From assembly GCA_000091205.1 (NCBI GenBank), contig AP006500.2: a stretch of DNA of 64,000 nucleotides, one strand, 5' to 3'. Both the position numbers and the translations under genes were made by a program. Source of the DNA: Cyanidioschyzon merolae (lineage: Eukaryota). This document shows positions 44,164 to 55,760 of this stretch, piece after piece. Position 1 is the first letter of the stretch, and every line of letters starts with the position of its first letter. The notes below the pieces were generated by a model that made no database searches, was not told where the DNA came from, and saw only the letters and a list, made by a program, of their open reading frames with translations.

Positions 44164-45786
44164 TTATTTGGGGCGAGCTCGCACGTCCTCCAGCAGAAGC
44201 ATCGCATAGTCGCGAAATCGATCTTTTTCGGCGCCGAAGCTACGATAGAGCCCAATGAGGCGCTCATCCTGTCGCAAAGCCATCTGTACAAGCTGCGTTT
44301 CCTTCCAAGGTGCAAGTTTCAAGGCTGCAATCGCACCTAGCACGGACCAGGCAACGCCTCTCGAATCCGTACTCGTGCTCGGCGGTAGGGAAGCAGGGGT
44401 GTCTGCCAACTGCGCTTTCGTCGCCAAGTATGTCGAAGACGCGACGTCCGCTCTCGTCATATCTCGCGAGGCGTATCTTCCCCGCATCGACTCCATGCTT
44501 TGTTCTGTATCCAACGGGGGCACCAGTGGCGGCAGGCGCACATCCCTCGACATAGACCCCGCGGAAACGTTTGTTTGCACGGCCGCCAGATGCGTTGCAG
44601 CGTGCGTCACGAACGACCTCATTACATTTGCGGTTGTCTGCTGTTTCTCGTCGATGCTCGACGTCCAACCAGGCGCAGCGTTTCCCGGTTGCTGGGCCGC
44701 ATTTGAGCCCGTGAACGCGCTTTCCAAGGGACTCAGTTTCGCAGCGTCTTCCACCGGAGCCTGGATGGTCTGTACGACTTCGTGGTTCAGCACCGCGGAC
44801 TCGTTTCTTTCTTTGGTCGCTGCAGACGCGAGTCCGCAATGCTCGCTTCCAATGTCTGCGCCAGCTATCGGACCAGGCCGGGGTGGATGCGGTTCGCTCA
44901 TGCCGTCACCGCAACCGGGGAAGCGCTCATCTGTTCCTCTGATGCCCGCTATTCCTGGCGATGTCCGTCTAGGCTCCTGTGTCGTGCTTTCCTCTCGTAG
45001 TGCCTTCATTGTCGGCGGCCGAGTCCAGCCCTGGGACCATCCCGTTGGTATGGAACTGGCATGTTCTCCTAGTGAGGATGCGAGACCCAGCTCCTGTCGC
45101 ATCCGCTCCTCGACTTTGATGCGCAGTACACAAGCGGGGCAGAACCATTCTCCGCTTGGAATCGATGGCAACCCGATGCACTGCAAGTGATACCCCATGG
45201 GACACTCGTCGCAGCAGACAATATCGCCACCCAGACCGCAAATCGAGCACACATCGTCCGGCGCCCAGCCGTGCGCAATAGCCGCTATCGCGTGGTTCGA
45301 TAACGGGGTTCGGCACCGCCGGTATCGTTCCGGTATCGTCACTCGATTCAGATCTATCACCACACCGTGGCTGAGAGAGTGCAGCGACATCCGTTGTCGC
45401 CGCCATTCACTCGTTGAACCTGGCCTGCTCTCGAGCGACGCAACTGTAGGCAACGCCACACGCGCTTCAGTCTTCGCAGCGCCACGACGCCTACGCTGGC
45501 CGTTCCGCGGTACCACTTCTACATCCGCAGCTTCAGTTCCCAACCGCCGTCGCTTTATATTTTCGTTGTCGCGTACATTTCGCTTTGAAGGCAGCGGTTG
45601 TGCGAGCGAAGGTGGAACAGCCGGCCCCGCGCACGCAGCACGCAAACTGCTCCCGACTGTCGATAAACTTTGCGCACCACTTGCCACCAAAGGAACACGT
45701 CCACCTGATGCATGTGTATTCGCCCCACGAACGATCTCTTCTTCAGTCTCTGTGGAAGAAGTTTCAGTGCGTGAGTCTTCGCTCAT
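44164..45786 (-). CDS. PHD-finger protein
   Basis: Canonical C4HC3 PHD: ...DDVCSICGLGGDIVCCDECPMGYHLQCIGLPSIPSGEWFCPACV.... The ORF track extends to 46251 and overlaps the convergent FKBP ORF. The start was trimmed to the internal ATG at 45784-45786 (MSEDSRTETSS…), which is an inference. Confidence 0.55.
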   Translation of the reverse strand: MSEDSRTETSSTETEEEIVRGANTHASGGRVPLVASGAQSLSTVGSSLRAACAGPAVPPSLAQPLPSKRNVRDNENIKRRRLGTEAADVEVVPRNGQRRRRGAAKTEARVALPTVASLESRPGSTSEWRRQRMSLHSLSHGVVIDLNRVTIPERYRRCRTPLSNHAIAAIAHGWAPDDVCSICGLGGDIVCCDECPMGYHLQCIGLPSIPSGEWFCPACVLRIKVEERMRQELGLASSLGEHASSIPTGWSQGWTRPPTMKALREESTTQEPRRTSPGIAGIRGTDERFPGCGDGMSEPHPPRPGPIAGADIGSEHCGLASAATKERNESAVLNHEVVQTIQAPVEDAAKLSPLESAFTGSNAAQQPGNAAPGWTSSIDEKQQTTANVMRSFVTHAATHLAAVQTNVSAGSMSRDVRLPPLVPPLDTEQSMESMRGRYASRDMTRADVASSTYLATKAQLADTPASLPPSTSTDSRGVAWSVLGAIAALKLAPWKETQLVQMALRQDERLIGLYRSFGAEKDRFRDYAMLLLEDVRARPK

Positions 45787-46020
45787 ATCCCCTGGAGTCC
45801 ATGCGCGTCTCCGCGTACGGCGAAACGTGGTTAGGCGCGAAAGACGCTGCGTGCAACGCAGTGGTGGCCCGGATCTGTCACGGGTCACGGAGCCGGCACT
45901 TTGGAACGCCCATATCTGTACAAAATGGACGCATTGCGTGAGACGCACGACACCGTGCGTGCGTGCGCGTGCGTACGCCGGAGCTGCGCATCCTCCTCCA
46001 GCCACGGTGATGTTGAGCAC

Positions 46021-46884
46021 ATGGGGGCGTGTACCACGCGAGGTGCACTGAGCAGTACCTTTGTTTGCCGAAAACTGTGTTTTATTGCCGGTACCGGCTG
46101 TTGTGGCAGTGCATTTCATCGAATTGTGTCTGATGAACGAGTTGTGCAGTTTTGTAGGCCAAGACGCCGTGTGCTCGCTGCCGCCGGGCCGTGTTGGCGA
46201 GCGGCTCTCTCCGAGGAACCCCCGGTGAGTCGCCGAACGTTGCTGCGGCACGGTGCTTGTGCACTTGTGACGCTTGTGGTGGCGCAGGTGCTCTCGGCAC
46301 GAGTTACACTAGCAGCGGCTGCTGCAGCCGAGACGACGCATGCAAGTGGCTCGGCTACGGAGCAGCAGGCAGCTGGTGCCCCGCTGGGCAAGGTGACTGC
46401 CACTGGGCTCCGGTACTATGACTTTGTCGAGGGCGACGGCACCTCGCCCGACTGGGGCGATCTCTGCGTTGTCGAGTTTGTGCTGTACAGTGTCCCGAGG
46501 CCACGCGCCGCGCCGGGATCTTCAGCGGCGCCAGCAATAAGGTTGCGACCGTGGTACTCTACCGGAGGCCGTGGATACTTGATCAAACACGGTGATGGTC
46601 GGACGATTGCTGGAATCGAAGAAGCGATTCACACTATGCGAGAGCATGGACGACGTCGAGTCATTGTGCCTCCTCGTCTTGCCTACGTGCACGCTGACCT
46701 CGGACCAGTACCGGACCGGACTTGGACACGCTTGCGCTTGGCGAAGAAATTGGAGGAGGGCGAGCTATTGGTTTTCGACCTGGAGCTTCGAAAAGTCATG
46801 AAGGATCCCAAAGATCGCGGATATTATAAGGACATCATTGTCCGCGATGGTATGCAACTGCCATCCCTAGCCGATAACGAATAA
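46021..46884 (+). CDS. FKBP-type peptidyl-prolyl cis-trans isomerase with twin-arginine (thylakoid-lumen-type) signal
   Basis: RR-motif plus hydrophobic core ...SRRTLLRHGACALVTLVVAQVLSARVTLAAAAAAE.... C-terminal FKBP domain ...GDLCVVEFVLYSV...WYSTGGRGYLIKHGDGRTIAGIEEAIHTMREHGRRRVIVPPRLAY.... The start was trimmed to the ATG at 46021 to remove overlap with the PHD gene. Confidence 0.7.
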   Translation: MGACTTRGALSSTFVCRKLCFIAGTGCCGSAFHRIVSDERVVQFCRPRRRVLAAAGPCWRAALSEEPPVSRRTLLRHGACALVTLVVAQVLSARVTLAAAAAAETTHASGSATEQQAAGAPLGKVTATGLRYYDFVEGDGTSPDWGDLCVVEFVLYSVPRPRAAPGSSAAPAIRLRPWYSTGGRGYLIKHGDGRTIAGIEEAIHTMREHGRRRVIVPPRLAYVHADLGPVPDRTWTRLRLAKKLEEGELLVFDLELRKVMKDPKDRGYYKDIIVRDGMQLPSLADNE

Positions 46885-47081
46885 GCATCGCGCTGGGTAA
46901 CGCATGTCGGAACGCGATATCGAGAGGCACCTCACCGATGTTTCGGCCCTGTATGTCAACAGTGCTAACGAGATCCTCAGTTAGCGAGCGACAATTTCCA
47001 GCTTGGTCGTGTCCGGCATCGCGCGCTTGCCCGTCTGGCGCGTTCGTGCACGCAAGAATGTTCCGGCAAATGCTGATAAGC

Positions 47082-47101
47082 ACAGCACAGCACAGCACAG
47101 C
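47082..47101. repeat. (CAGCA)4 pentanucleotide repeat
   Basis: cacagcacagcacagcacagcc. Confidence 0.8.
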
Positions 47102-47400
47102 CTTATCGCGATGATCGGGCGAAATGCGGTAGCACTGGACAAACCGCTGATTGAAAACGAGTTGGGCGTCTCGCTAACACACGCAGCATCGCTGGCGTAG
47201 TCGATCGTACCTCGCAATGATCGTTGGCATCGCGAGGTTACCTGTCGAAATCACGGCTTCATACGAGCCACAGCACGACTCGGGGCATGATGACGCAGGG
47301 GTATCGATTTCGACCTATACTTCAAAAGCCACCTGCATGAGGCGCGCTCGATCAGCTGGCAAGCTGGTGTACACTGCGCCATTCGGTCAGGAACACCCGC

Positions 47401-48198
47401 CTAGAGACTCGGATGTTCTGGGACCTTTCTAGTCGAGTAAGCGTCGTTTTCGCAGTTAGGAAGACCGCCGAACTGCCGTCTTCGTTCGTGGAATGCCTCT
47501 AATGCCCGGAAAAAGTCACGAGACGTAAATTCTGGCCACAGGATATCGGTTGTATAGATTTCCGCGTAAGCAGCCTGCCAGAGCATAAAGTTGCTGAGCC
47601 GTTGCTCGCCGCCAGTGCGAATGATCAAGTCCGGATCGGGAACGTCGATTCCCCAGCACTGCGCCAGGTAGGTCTCAAACACGGATTCGTTGACACTGTC
47701 GGGGTCGAGCACGCCTCTTTCTACATCGCGAGCGACGCAACGTACAGCCTGTAGGATATCTTGTCGACCACTATAGTTGAGCGCTACCTGGAGACACAGA
47801 GCTCGATTCGACCGCGTGCGCTCTTCTGCATCGTGCATTCGTTCGCGAAGCGAGTCTGGAAGTGCACTACGGTCGCCGACAAAGCTCACACGCACACTAC
47901 GCGATTGCAGCTTTTCGAGCTCTGTATCCACAACATGTTGAAAAAGCGAGAGCAAACTCGATATTTCAGCAGCAGGACGTCGCCAGTTCTCGGTGCTGAA
48001 TGCAAATACTGTTAAGAATGGAATATGCAGCCAGAGGCAGTCCTCGACGATTCGACGCAATGTCTGGGTGCCGTACTCGTGACCCGCGGAACGACTTCCG
48101 CGGACGCGGAGCCCCCAGCGCCCATTCCCATCCATAATGATGCCTATATGAGTCGGTAACTTGAGCTTCTCAACCAAATGATCACGTATGCGTTCCAT
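47401..48198 (-). CDS. cis-Prenyltransferase (undecaprenyl/dehydrodolichyl diphosphate synthase family)
   Basis: ...HIGIIMDGNGRWGLRVRGSRSAGHEYG...LTVFAFSTENWRRP..E...LM........RVSFVGD...L...........T......L..A.NY.GR.DI..A........RTGGEQRLSNFMLWQAAYAEIYTTDILWPEF.... The ORF extends to 48780, which would give a ~195-aa N-terminal extension (possible transit peptide). The conservative start is the ATG at 48196-48198 (MERIRDHL…). Confidence 0.8.
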   Translation of the reverse strand: MERIRDHLVEKLKLPTHIGIIMDGNGRWGLRVRGSRSAGHEYGTQTLRRIVEDCLWLHIPFLTVFAFSTENWRRPAAEISSLLSLFQHVVDTELEKLQSRSVRVSFVGDRSALPDSLRERMHDAEERTRSNRALCLQVALNYSGRQDILQAVRCVARDVERGVLDPDSVNESVFETYLAQCWGIDVPDPDLIIRTGGEQRLSNFMLWQAAYAEIYTTDILWPEFTSRDFFRALEAFHERRRQFGGLPNCENDAYSTRKVPEHPSL

Positions 48199-49329
48199 GT
48201 CTGTTTGACCGGCTACCTTGGGAGGCTCCTTCGTTGGATAGTCAGCGGCCACGGGACCAGTTGTGATACAATCTGAAGACGTTGCATGCTCCGAATTCTC
48301 CAGTTTTTGACATAACCTTAGCTGGAAACATCCACGATGCAGCCTGTTTCGGAGCTGGCGGTTGCTTGGACTCCGCGGAAGCAGGAGACAGTTGTGAAGC
48401 GTCCCGTTTTGACGAAGGTTGCGCGCTCCCCAGCGGACGCCAGCAGCGGAAAATGAGCGCCGATTTTCGGTGAAAGCGCCACTAGGTCGTCTGTGTCGAC
48501 AGGGGACCTTGGCGTCGTCGTGGAAAATACACCAAGTCCACGAAGACACACCAGCGGCCGGTGGTGGACCCGCGTAGGTCAGCAGACGCTCGTGGCGCAG
48601 CGAGCAACGTCCACGCAACCGCTGAGGTTCAGACGCTCGCGGAATTGTTTCCATCAAAAACACCGGCCACATGACGTCTTGCGTGCGCTCTGCAATGTCA
48701 GGGAAGACGAGGTGCGCTCTGTCGCACCGCGTAGCTAACGCTTCGTCTTCCGGCAACGCGCACGGCAGCCGTGAAGGCACGCCCGCACAGCGTCTTTGGC
48801 ACAGCCTCAGAGCGCCAAAACCTCAAGAACTTCCCTCTATAGCCAGTACAAGTGTCCGAGTCCGTACAGTGCGCTGCTGTGCGAAGCGCACAGCTCGTCC
48901 AGTCTCAGCAGTTCAAAAAAGCGCGTTGTTTACGAGCACGCGTTCAGCGTATGTGGAGCGCCTTGCGCGGCACCGTTTACCACCGGCAGCTGCGTTGTGT
49001 ACGTTTCTGGCGGAAACGATTGCAAAGCTGGTAACGACACTTGTTTCACTTTATCAGACGTTCTGTTAGCGGGCGCAGTACGTAGAGCGCTTGCTCACAA
49101 CGTTACCAGCTGCCGATACGAGATCCCAATGCGGTGGCAGTGCGAGTTGCAGAGCGCACCCGTACGCTTGCTTGTGGTGTCGCGTGCTCGCTCAGGAGGC
49201 AAGACGACACAATCGGCATCTGATACTGGACGACGTTTACTTCGATGGTATTGGGCACTTGGCGTAAGCTGACACAGAAATGGATGCTACCTAGTCGTTG
49301 GCTGAAATGCCTGATCTGCCTTTCACGGA

Positions 49330-49500
49330 GCTTTTTTTGGGAGGCATGCTTGAGGATTTCCATCGGAACCCCTGAGCGCTCATGGGAAAGCGAGCATAAC
49401 GCGTTGGGTAAACGAGTTTGAGATAGTATCTCTACCCTTTACAGAGCATTTCTGGGAGGCATGGTTGAAGATTTCCATCGCAATACCCGAGAGCTCATGG
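49330..49500. repeat. Imperfect direct repeat, ~120 bp x2
   Basis: gggaggcatg.ttga.gatttccatcg.aa..cc..agcgctcatggg.aagcg at ~49335 and ~49455. Each copy encodes on the minus strand a short ORF beginning MEI(L/F)(K/N)HASQK. Confidence 0.5.
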
Positions 49501-49537
49501 GCAAGCGCGCTTCTCGTTTTATTCCGACGAAAAGACG

Positions 49538-49560
49538 GGTGTGTGTGTGTGTGTGTCTGT
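49538..49560. repeat. (GT)n dinucleotide microsatellite
   Basis: gtgtgtgtgtgtgtgtgtctgtgtctc. Confidence 0.85.
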
Positions 49561-51169
49561 GTCTCTTGGAACGTCAAGTCATCCGGAGGGACTAGTTGAT
49601 CTGGTTTCGTGCTTGCTGGCTGTGCGGGCATATGCAGGAGGCCGCAATTGATGCATCAACCCCACAGCATGAGAAAAACACTCCTGGATGCAACAGCGGA
49701 AGTGACCATTCTTACTCGTAGGCAAGCGCGCAGAGATGTCGTTCAGGGATTTCGGATCGTCGACGCTGACTGCGAATCCCCGATGAAGCGATTGATATCC
49801 GCGTCCATCATTGCGCATCGCACTGTGAGGCGTCACCAATCACCACCTTTGCTTCTCTTCACGTATACTAGTCCGCCAGTTCGTGTGATGCTGTGTGGTG
49901 CCGACTGCCTACCCTGAGCGCCGACGAGGACGTACACGGTGCCGCAGCGGATGCTGCACGGAGGCAAAGCGGCTTCGCCATACCCGTGAGAACGTCGGCT
50001 CTAAATGTGGTTTATTTGACGCGTCGTCAGGTATCTCCCTCATGTCGTGCCCTGACAGTCACTGTATGCGGACCTGACTTTACATCAAGATGCGTTGCAG
50101 AAAAGAAGCTGTCAGGAGGAATCCTGAAAACCCCGAGTCTTCGCTTCCCTGTATTGGGAGGCATGCAATGCGGTCTTGCGACTCGGGGGCCATTGCGCTG
50201 CACTCAGCAGCCAGGAGATGCACGAAACGCCGGGCGCGCATGTTCATGCAGTTCGCGGCTCTTTTTCGCCTAGAAAGACGAATAAGAGTTTGGTGCCAGA
50301 TAGCGCGCATTTTGGTCCAACCAGTGGGCCTCCAATTGTCAGTTCTGCACCCAAAATAAGCGAACGCTCATGAGCATCTATAGTGACATCCACGAGGTGT
50401 GATTGCTCGAACAGCCAGCTTCGTTCCTGTGTCCGAACGCGAACACTGCAAAAGCGAGTCTCGCCGAGCATTGGGAGTTACGTCTCCCCTGCAGAAGCAG
50501 TATGATTCCCTGCGAGCATGTAATTTTTCGATGCAACACAAGGCCCGGACGTGCTAGACTTCACCGATTCGCTCTTTAGCGAGCCAGACGGTTCCCATGG
50601 GAACCTCTGACCACCCCAATGACTCCCGCCAAACGTTTCATGTCTCTACTCGGTGGTTCTTCTAATGGGATGCGAGGCCAACGTTGAAGATCCTGTTCTT
50701 TCGAAATCGGCATTTGCATTCTTTGCCTTGAACCGTTCGTTAGAGATGTCGAGAAAAGAGTCAGTCCCAGAAACCAACTGGTATATATCCACTCCAAAGC
50801 CATACTTGAGGAAAATCTGCCTCCACTAGACCCAAACGCTTTTTCGATACCTTGGGATGCACGCCATCATCCGGTTGAGCCGGGGGCGCGTGCTGGGCCT
50901 CTTGGCCCTTGTACGACGCGCTGCAGTCTGCTGCAATGACTTCCAACGGGGGTGTATAGGATTTACATCCGAGAGCTTCCGTGCTGGGTGCTCTGCCGAG
51001 CATCCCGACACGATTCGCATCGACCTGTTGACTGGGGTCTGCATTCGCGAAGCGAGTGCGAGGCTCATGCCCCACCATTCGACGCCCCAGGTGACCGCCT
51101 TGATGATGCACATCCTAATTGACCCGATGCAGACTCCCAGCGACATCCCTATGGGTCCGATAAGAACCT

Positions 51170-51455
51170 GCATGCACGAGCTGAGCGTTTCTTGATCTTG
51201 GCAATCTCCTCTCCTATATATACACACTTTCATCCAGTGTGCATGCACGAGCTGAGCGTTTCTTGATCTTGGCAATCTGCTCTCCTATATATACACACTT
51301 TCATCCAGTGTGCATGCACGAGCTGAGCGATTCTTGATCTTGGCAATCTGCTCTCCTATATATACACACTTTCATCCAGTGTGCATGCACGAGCTGAGCG
51401 TTTCTTGATCTTGGCAATCTTCTCTCCTATATATACACACTTTCATCCAGCATCG
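51170..51455. repeat. 71-bp tandem repeat x4 with TATA-like core, immediately upstream of the oxidoreductase gene
   Basis: Unit gcatgcacgagctgagcg.ttcttgatcttggcaatct.ctctcctatatatacacactttcatccagtgt. Copies start at 51170, 51241, 51312 and 51383, giving an exact period of 71 with 1-2 substitutions per copy. Confidence 0.85.
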
Positions 51456-51462
51456 ACGTGAG

Positions 51463-52728
51463 TTGTACCAGGGCGCGGCGGGATTCGGCGTTGCCTCGCG
51501 AGCATCGCACTATCCGAAGATCGGCACTCGAGCTGCGCGTCCGAGGTGCTCCACAGCAGCTTCTAAGGTTCTGGCACAGCCTACGATGCGTATGGAACAG
51601 CCAGCAGCGTTTCTGAGTGGCAAACTACAACCCTTGTGCCTAGATCGCAAGTTCCAGTTGCGCGTGAGCGGGTCACGGCAACAGTTTCGGGGCCGCCGCC
51701 GACCCATTCTCGTCGCCCGGGTCGGGATCGGCGTCATCGGTGCAGGCCGCATAGGACAGGTACATGCAGCAACGATAGCTCGTCTGATGAATGCAGAGCT
51801 ACGAGGTATTGCTGATCCAATTGAAGCAGCTGGGCGTAAGGTGGCCGAGAGTTTCCAGACAGCGTACTTTCCAGACTATCGTACGCTGCTAGAGGACCCC
51901 GATGTACAGGGTGTCGTCATCGGCTCGCCAACGCCGTTTCACGCGGAACAAATGATAGCTGCAGCCGAAGCCGGCAAGCATATATTTTGTGAAAAGCCTA
52001 TCAGCAACGATCTCGCGACGATCGACCGTTGTTTAGAGGTGGTACGCACCAGCGGCGTCAAACTCCTGGTGGGGTTCCAGCGGCGCTTCGATAGTAACTT
52101 TAGCTACGTACGTGACCAGATTGAGCGTGGCACCATTGGGCAAGTGCGTATGTTTCACATCCATTCAAGAGATCCGGCGCCACCTCCGGCGGAATACTTG
52201 GCGAAAAGCGGAGGTATTTTCCTCGACATGTGTTCCCATGATTACGATATGGCGCGTTTTGTGACGGGCCAGGAAATCGAGGAGGTTTACGTGGTTGGCA
52301 AGGCCTTCGATCCCGAGGCACAGGCCGCAAATGATCTCGACACCCACATAACGGTACTGCGGATGTCGGGCGGGGTCATGGGCACCATCGACAACTCTCG
52401 TCGTTGCGCATACGGCTACGACCAGCGTATCGAGGTGTTTGGCTCCGACGGTTCGTTAATCGGTCAAAACAAGAGCAAGCACTCCGTAGTAGCCGCCGGT
52501 CAAGATGGGTATCATCATGGACGACCTTTTGATTTCTTTATGGATCGCTATCTGGAGGCGTACGGGAACATCATGACCGCATTTGTGCAGATGATCGAGC
52601 GCGGCACAGACCCCCCTGTCTCGGGGTTAGACGGTCGCGCGCCGGTGCTCGCTGCGCTGGCCGCAGCCCGAAGTGTCAAGGAGAATCGACCAGTGAAACT
52701 CAGCGAAGTCGATATACGCATGCGCTAG
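51463..52728 (+). CDS. Gfo/Idh/MocA-family NAD(P)-dependent oxidoreductase (myo-inositol 2-dehydrogenase-like)
   Basis: Rossmann N-terminus ...IGVIGAGRIGQVHAATIARL...GIADP..E.AGRKVAE.......Y...LLEDPDVQGVVIGSPTPFHAEQMIAAAEAGKHIFCEKPIS... Typical IolG/Gfo C-terminal alpha/beta domain. The ~75-aa N-terminal extension may be a targeting peptide, or the true start may be internal. Confidence 0.8.
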   Translation: MYQGAAGFGVASRASHYPKIGTRAARPRCSTAASKVLAQPTMRMEQPAAFLSGKLQPLCLDRKFQLRVSGSRQQFRGRRRPILVARVGIGVIGAGRIGQVHAATIARLMNAELRGIADPIEAAGRKVAESFQTAYFPDYRTLLEDPDVQGVVIGSPTPFHAEQMIAAAEAGKHIFCEKPISNDLATIDRCLEVVRTSGVKLLVGFQRRFDSNFSYVRDQIERGTIGQVRMFHIHSRDPAPPPAEYLAKSGGIFLDMCSHDYDMARFVTGQEIEEVYVVGKAFDPEAQAANDLDTHITVLRMSGGVMGTIDNSRRCAYGYDQRIEVFGSDGSLIGQNKSKHSVVAAGQDGYHHGRPFDFFMDRYLEAYGNIMTAFVQMIERGTDPPVSGLDGRAPVLAALAAARSVKENRPVKLSEVDIRMR

Positions 52729-55700
52729 GAATGAATGCAATCGCCCCTAAACCAGTATCAGGTTCAGAACTGGAACGCCGAACTGTTCGCTCTGTTGCTT
52801 CCTTGCAGTGCATTCCGAAATTTTGCTTGGACGTACAGACTCGACATTCGATGGGCAGCAATGGGAGCCTTTGGGCGCACACACAGTTTTAGGATTCTTC
52901 GTCGTCATTTCCGAGTGGCACCTTCGACGCTTTGCTGCTGCCATTGGTTGCACGTGACCTTTACCAAGGTGACTCGCCACGTTATTCACCAAGAATTCGT
53001 CATATAACCCGTATCACTATCCAGTTCAATCGCACAAATTTCGACACTTCTCCTTTCGAAAAGTTGGGTATGCTCCAATCAAATACTCCTGAACCTTTAG
53101 GTGTCTATCTTACAGAGCAGCTCGTGGGCGCTGCCATTCGCACCGCTGGATTGATGGGGAAAAACACCCGAACGTCTTCCTTTTGACGCCTTGTGCACAT
53201 GTACATGCTGAAAGTTCACCGAAATTCTCATATTAGATACTTGATTCGTTTCGAAGGCCAAATTATTTTTTGCGGCAAGTAACGAAGCTGCATTCGGCAG
53301 CAACATGATATCTCTCACGGGATATGCTCCCAGAGGCTCCCGTCTATTTTGTTTGCAGGTAAAAGGGTCTTGGATTCAGAACTGATTCATCGCTGTGAAT
53401 GCTTCCAGCGGAGCATGCTTTATCGCTTGGCATGGAGCAGACGTCGAGGGATCGAAATTACGCAAGCGAACCTTCACCCTGGACTCCCTTCCGTTTCCTG
53501 GTTCATCGTGGGCAACATCACATTCCGGGGATTCTATCGAATGAAATGTTGTCCGCTTGTGTTTGCAGCGAACAGAGTACTCGCTGACGGGGTCGCCCCG
53601 AAGGAGCCCATAGCTGTAGGTTACGGTAGCGAGCGCGCAATCGGGTAAGAGAGTCTGTGAAAGCCCTCTGCATCCGTCCAGGGCATCTACGGGGCGATGA
53701 GGCAACCATTACGCGCCACAGGACGGCCCTAGGAGGAGGTCATTTGGTTTGCATATGGGAAGATTCGACCTCAACCATACGTGACCGCTGCAGAGGGCGC
53801 ACAGCAGCTGGATAAAATGAAACTGAAAGTGGCACGCGAAGGGTACACTCCAACTACCGCCTGTGCATGAAATGCGGCACTAGGAGCCGGAAGCTGCGAA
53901 ACTGAGACTTGAAGGCGCCAATCAGCCTCCTTTGACTGTTGAGAACAGGGCTGGGGCGAACGGAGAGACCGGCGTATTGAAAGCGGGAGATACGAGAGAG
54001 TAAATGAAGCAGTCGCTAAACAAACGCGCAAAGCTTGTTGTTGATGTCAGTGGAACGAGAACCGAACTTGAGCGTGGATGCCCCTGTTAGATGACCTCTC
54101 CTGTTTAGTTATACCGCGATGCCAAACAAAGACACGCCGAAACTTTGGTGACGAGAAATCCCGTAAGAAGACTGCGAATGTTTTGATGGAGTATTGGTAC
54201 GATGGCACATACTAATGTCTCTCGGGGACGCCATTGGATCCAAACTTTGGGGATCCTAGGCTCATCTAAGACGCCACTATCAGAGTAGGTCGTGCGGAAC
54301 GTGGTCGCGGTGCAAAGTACGAGCGCCATACGGCATGTACTCTGGGGAGCGTAGAGCGACGCGGTTCGAGCTCATGGACACGAGGGGTCTTCGAGATGAT
54401 TGTGCCATCATGTCATCTAACAAGATCCACAGTATATGCAGATTTGCGGATCATTACGCTTTCTGCTGGAATCCTGCGGCATTTCAGACCGCATACGGGT
54501 ATTCATATCCGTGAACAAGCTGCAAAGTCGATGAAAGTGGTTGCCGCAATGGGACTCCCAGCTCATAGACGCTCCTCGATCCGAGAGAAATGCCCATATA
54601 TCTCGTAGTTCGATACCCGATTGGCTGTTGGCGCAAATACGAGGTTGCTCACGTACCGTCTAGCGTTCGATCGTGCGTCCTCATGAGGATTTTATGCTGG
54701 GAAAGCCAGCACAAGCACCGCTCAGGCGAACCAGCCTGAGTTGGGCGCTCTATCCTCCGTCATTTTCATTTCTATTCAATTTGAGTGGATTCGCGGAGGC
54801 CTGCCAACAGACCTCTCAAGCTGCAAGCGGGCACGTTACACGTTGTGCGCCTCCACCACTGAGTCTCTCGGACACAGGCACTGTTGCGTTATTCAGGTAT
54901 GTGGGCATCGATACAAGCTTCGCAATACAGCGGCATGGACGTGCAACTGCGCCAAACGACGGCGCGGTAGCATTCCGCAAGCCCTGTTCAGCAGAGCGAC
55001 CAGCGCTAGGCTGTTCGCGCATGAGACCTGGCGCTTTCCTAAACCCCGAGACCTTCATGAACGTCATCCGTGGACAAGACGAGGTGCGCATCAATCGAAT
55101 AAATGTCGAGCCAGACGTATCCTGCGCCCGCAAAAACTGGATACACGGGCATCAATGCCTGGAAGGCTCCATGTGCGAGACTCCCGCTATTTGACGTCCG
55201 GTATCTCCGCTACCTCCGATTCTACGACGAATGCTGCGCGGTCAGTCTACAGGAAGTTTTTAACTCGGGCCCCGGATCCGATATAGACTGGACGCGAACC
55301 ATGTCAAATGCCTCGCCTGGAAAATGCCTGAGTGTCACCTTCGTCAAGTACCACGGACCGAGCGAGGCGCGTTTGCAAATGGTGAACTGGTTGCGAGTCC
55401 TTAACAGCTCCACCGATGACTAGCTAATCTGTCAACACTGGATACGCCTCAACCGCGCTCTTCGTTCCGAATTCTGATGAGCTTCGGCATACGTCAAGGC
55501 GATCAGGCAAAGCGTCTTCATCGGCTAAGGAACTGTACTCCAGAGCGGGGGCTCGCAATCGCTCGTTGCCCAACAGTCCAGCACGCGAACCTCAGAGGAT
55601 CAGCATTCCATGTAGAATTCAGAATGCTGGAGGCGGCGCGTAGATGAAGACTAGGCTAGATATAAGCACTCACATCCACAAACAGATGGAAACGTTTGCG

Positions 55701-55760
55701 CTGTGCAGAATACGATAGCATCGAACGCACAGAGAACAGTCGTGCAGTGCTCGTAGACGC

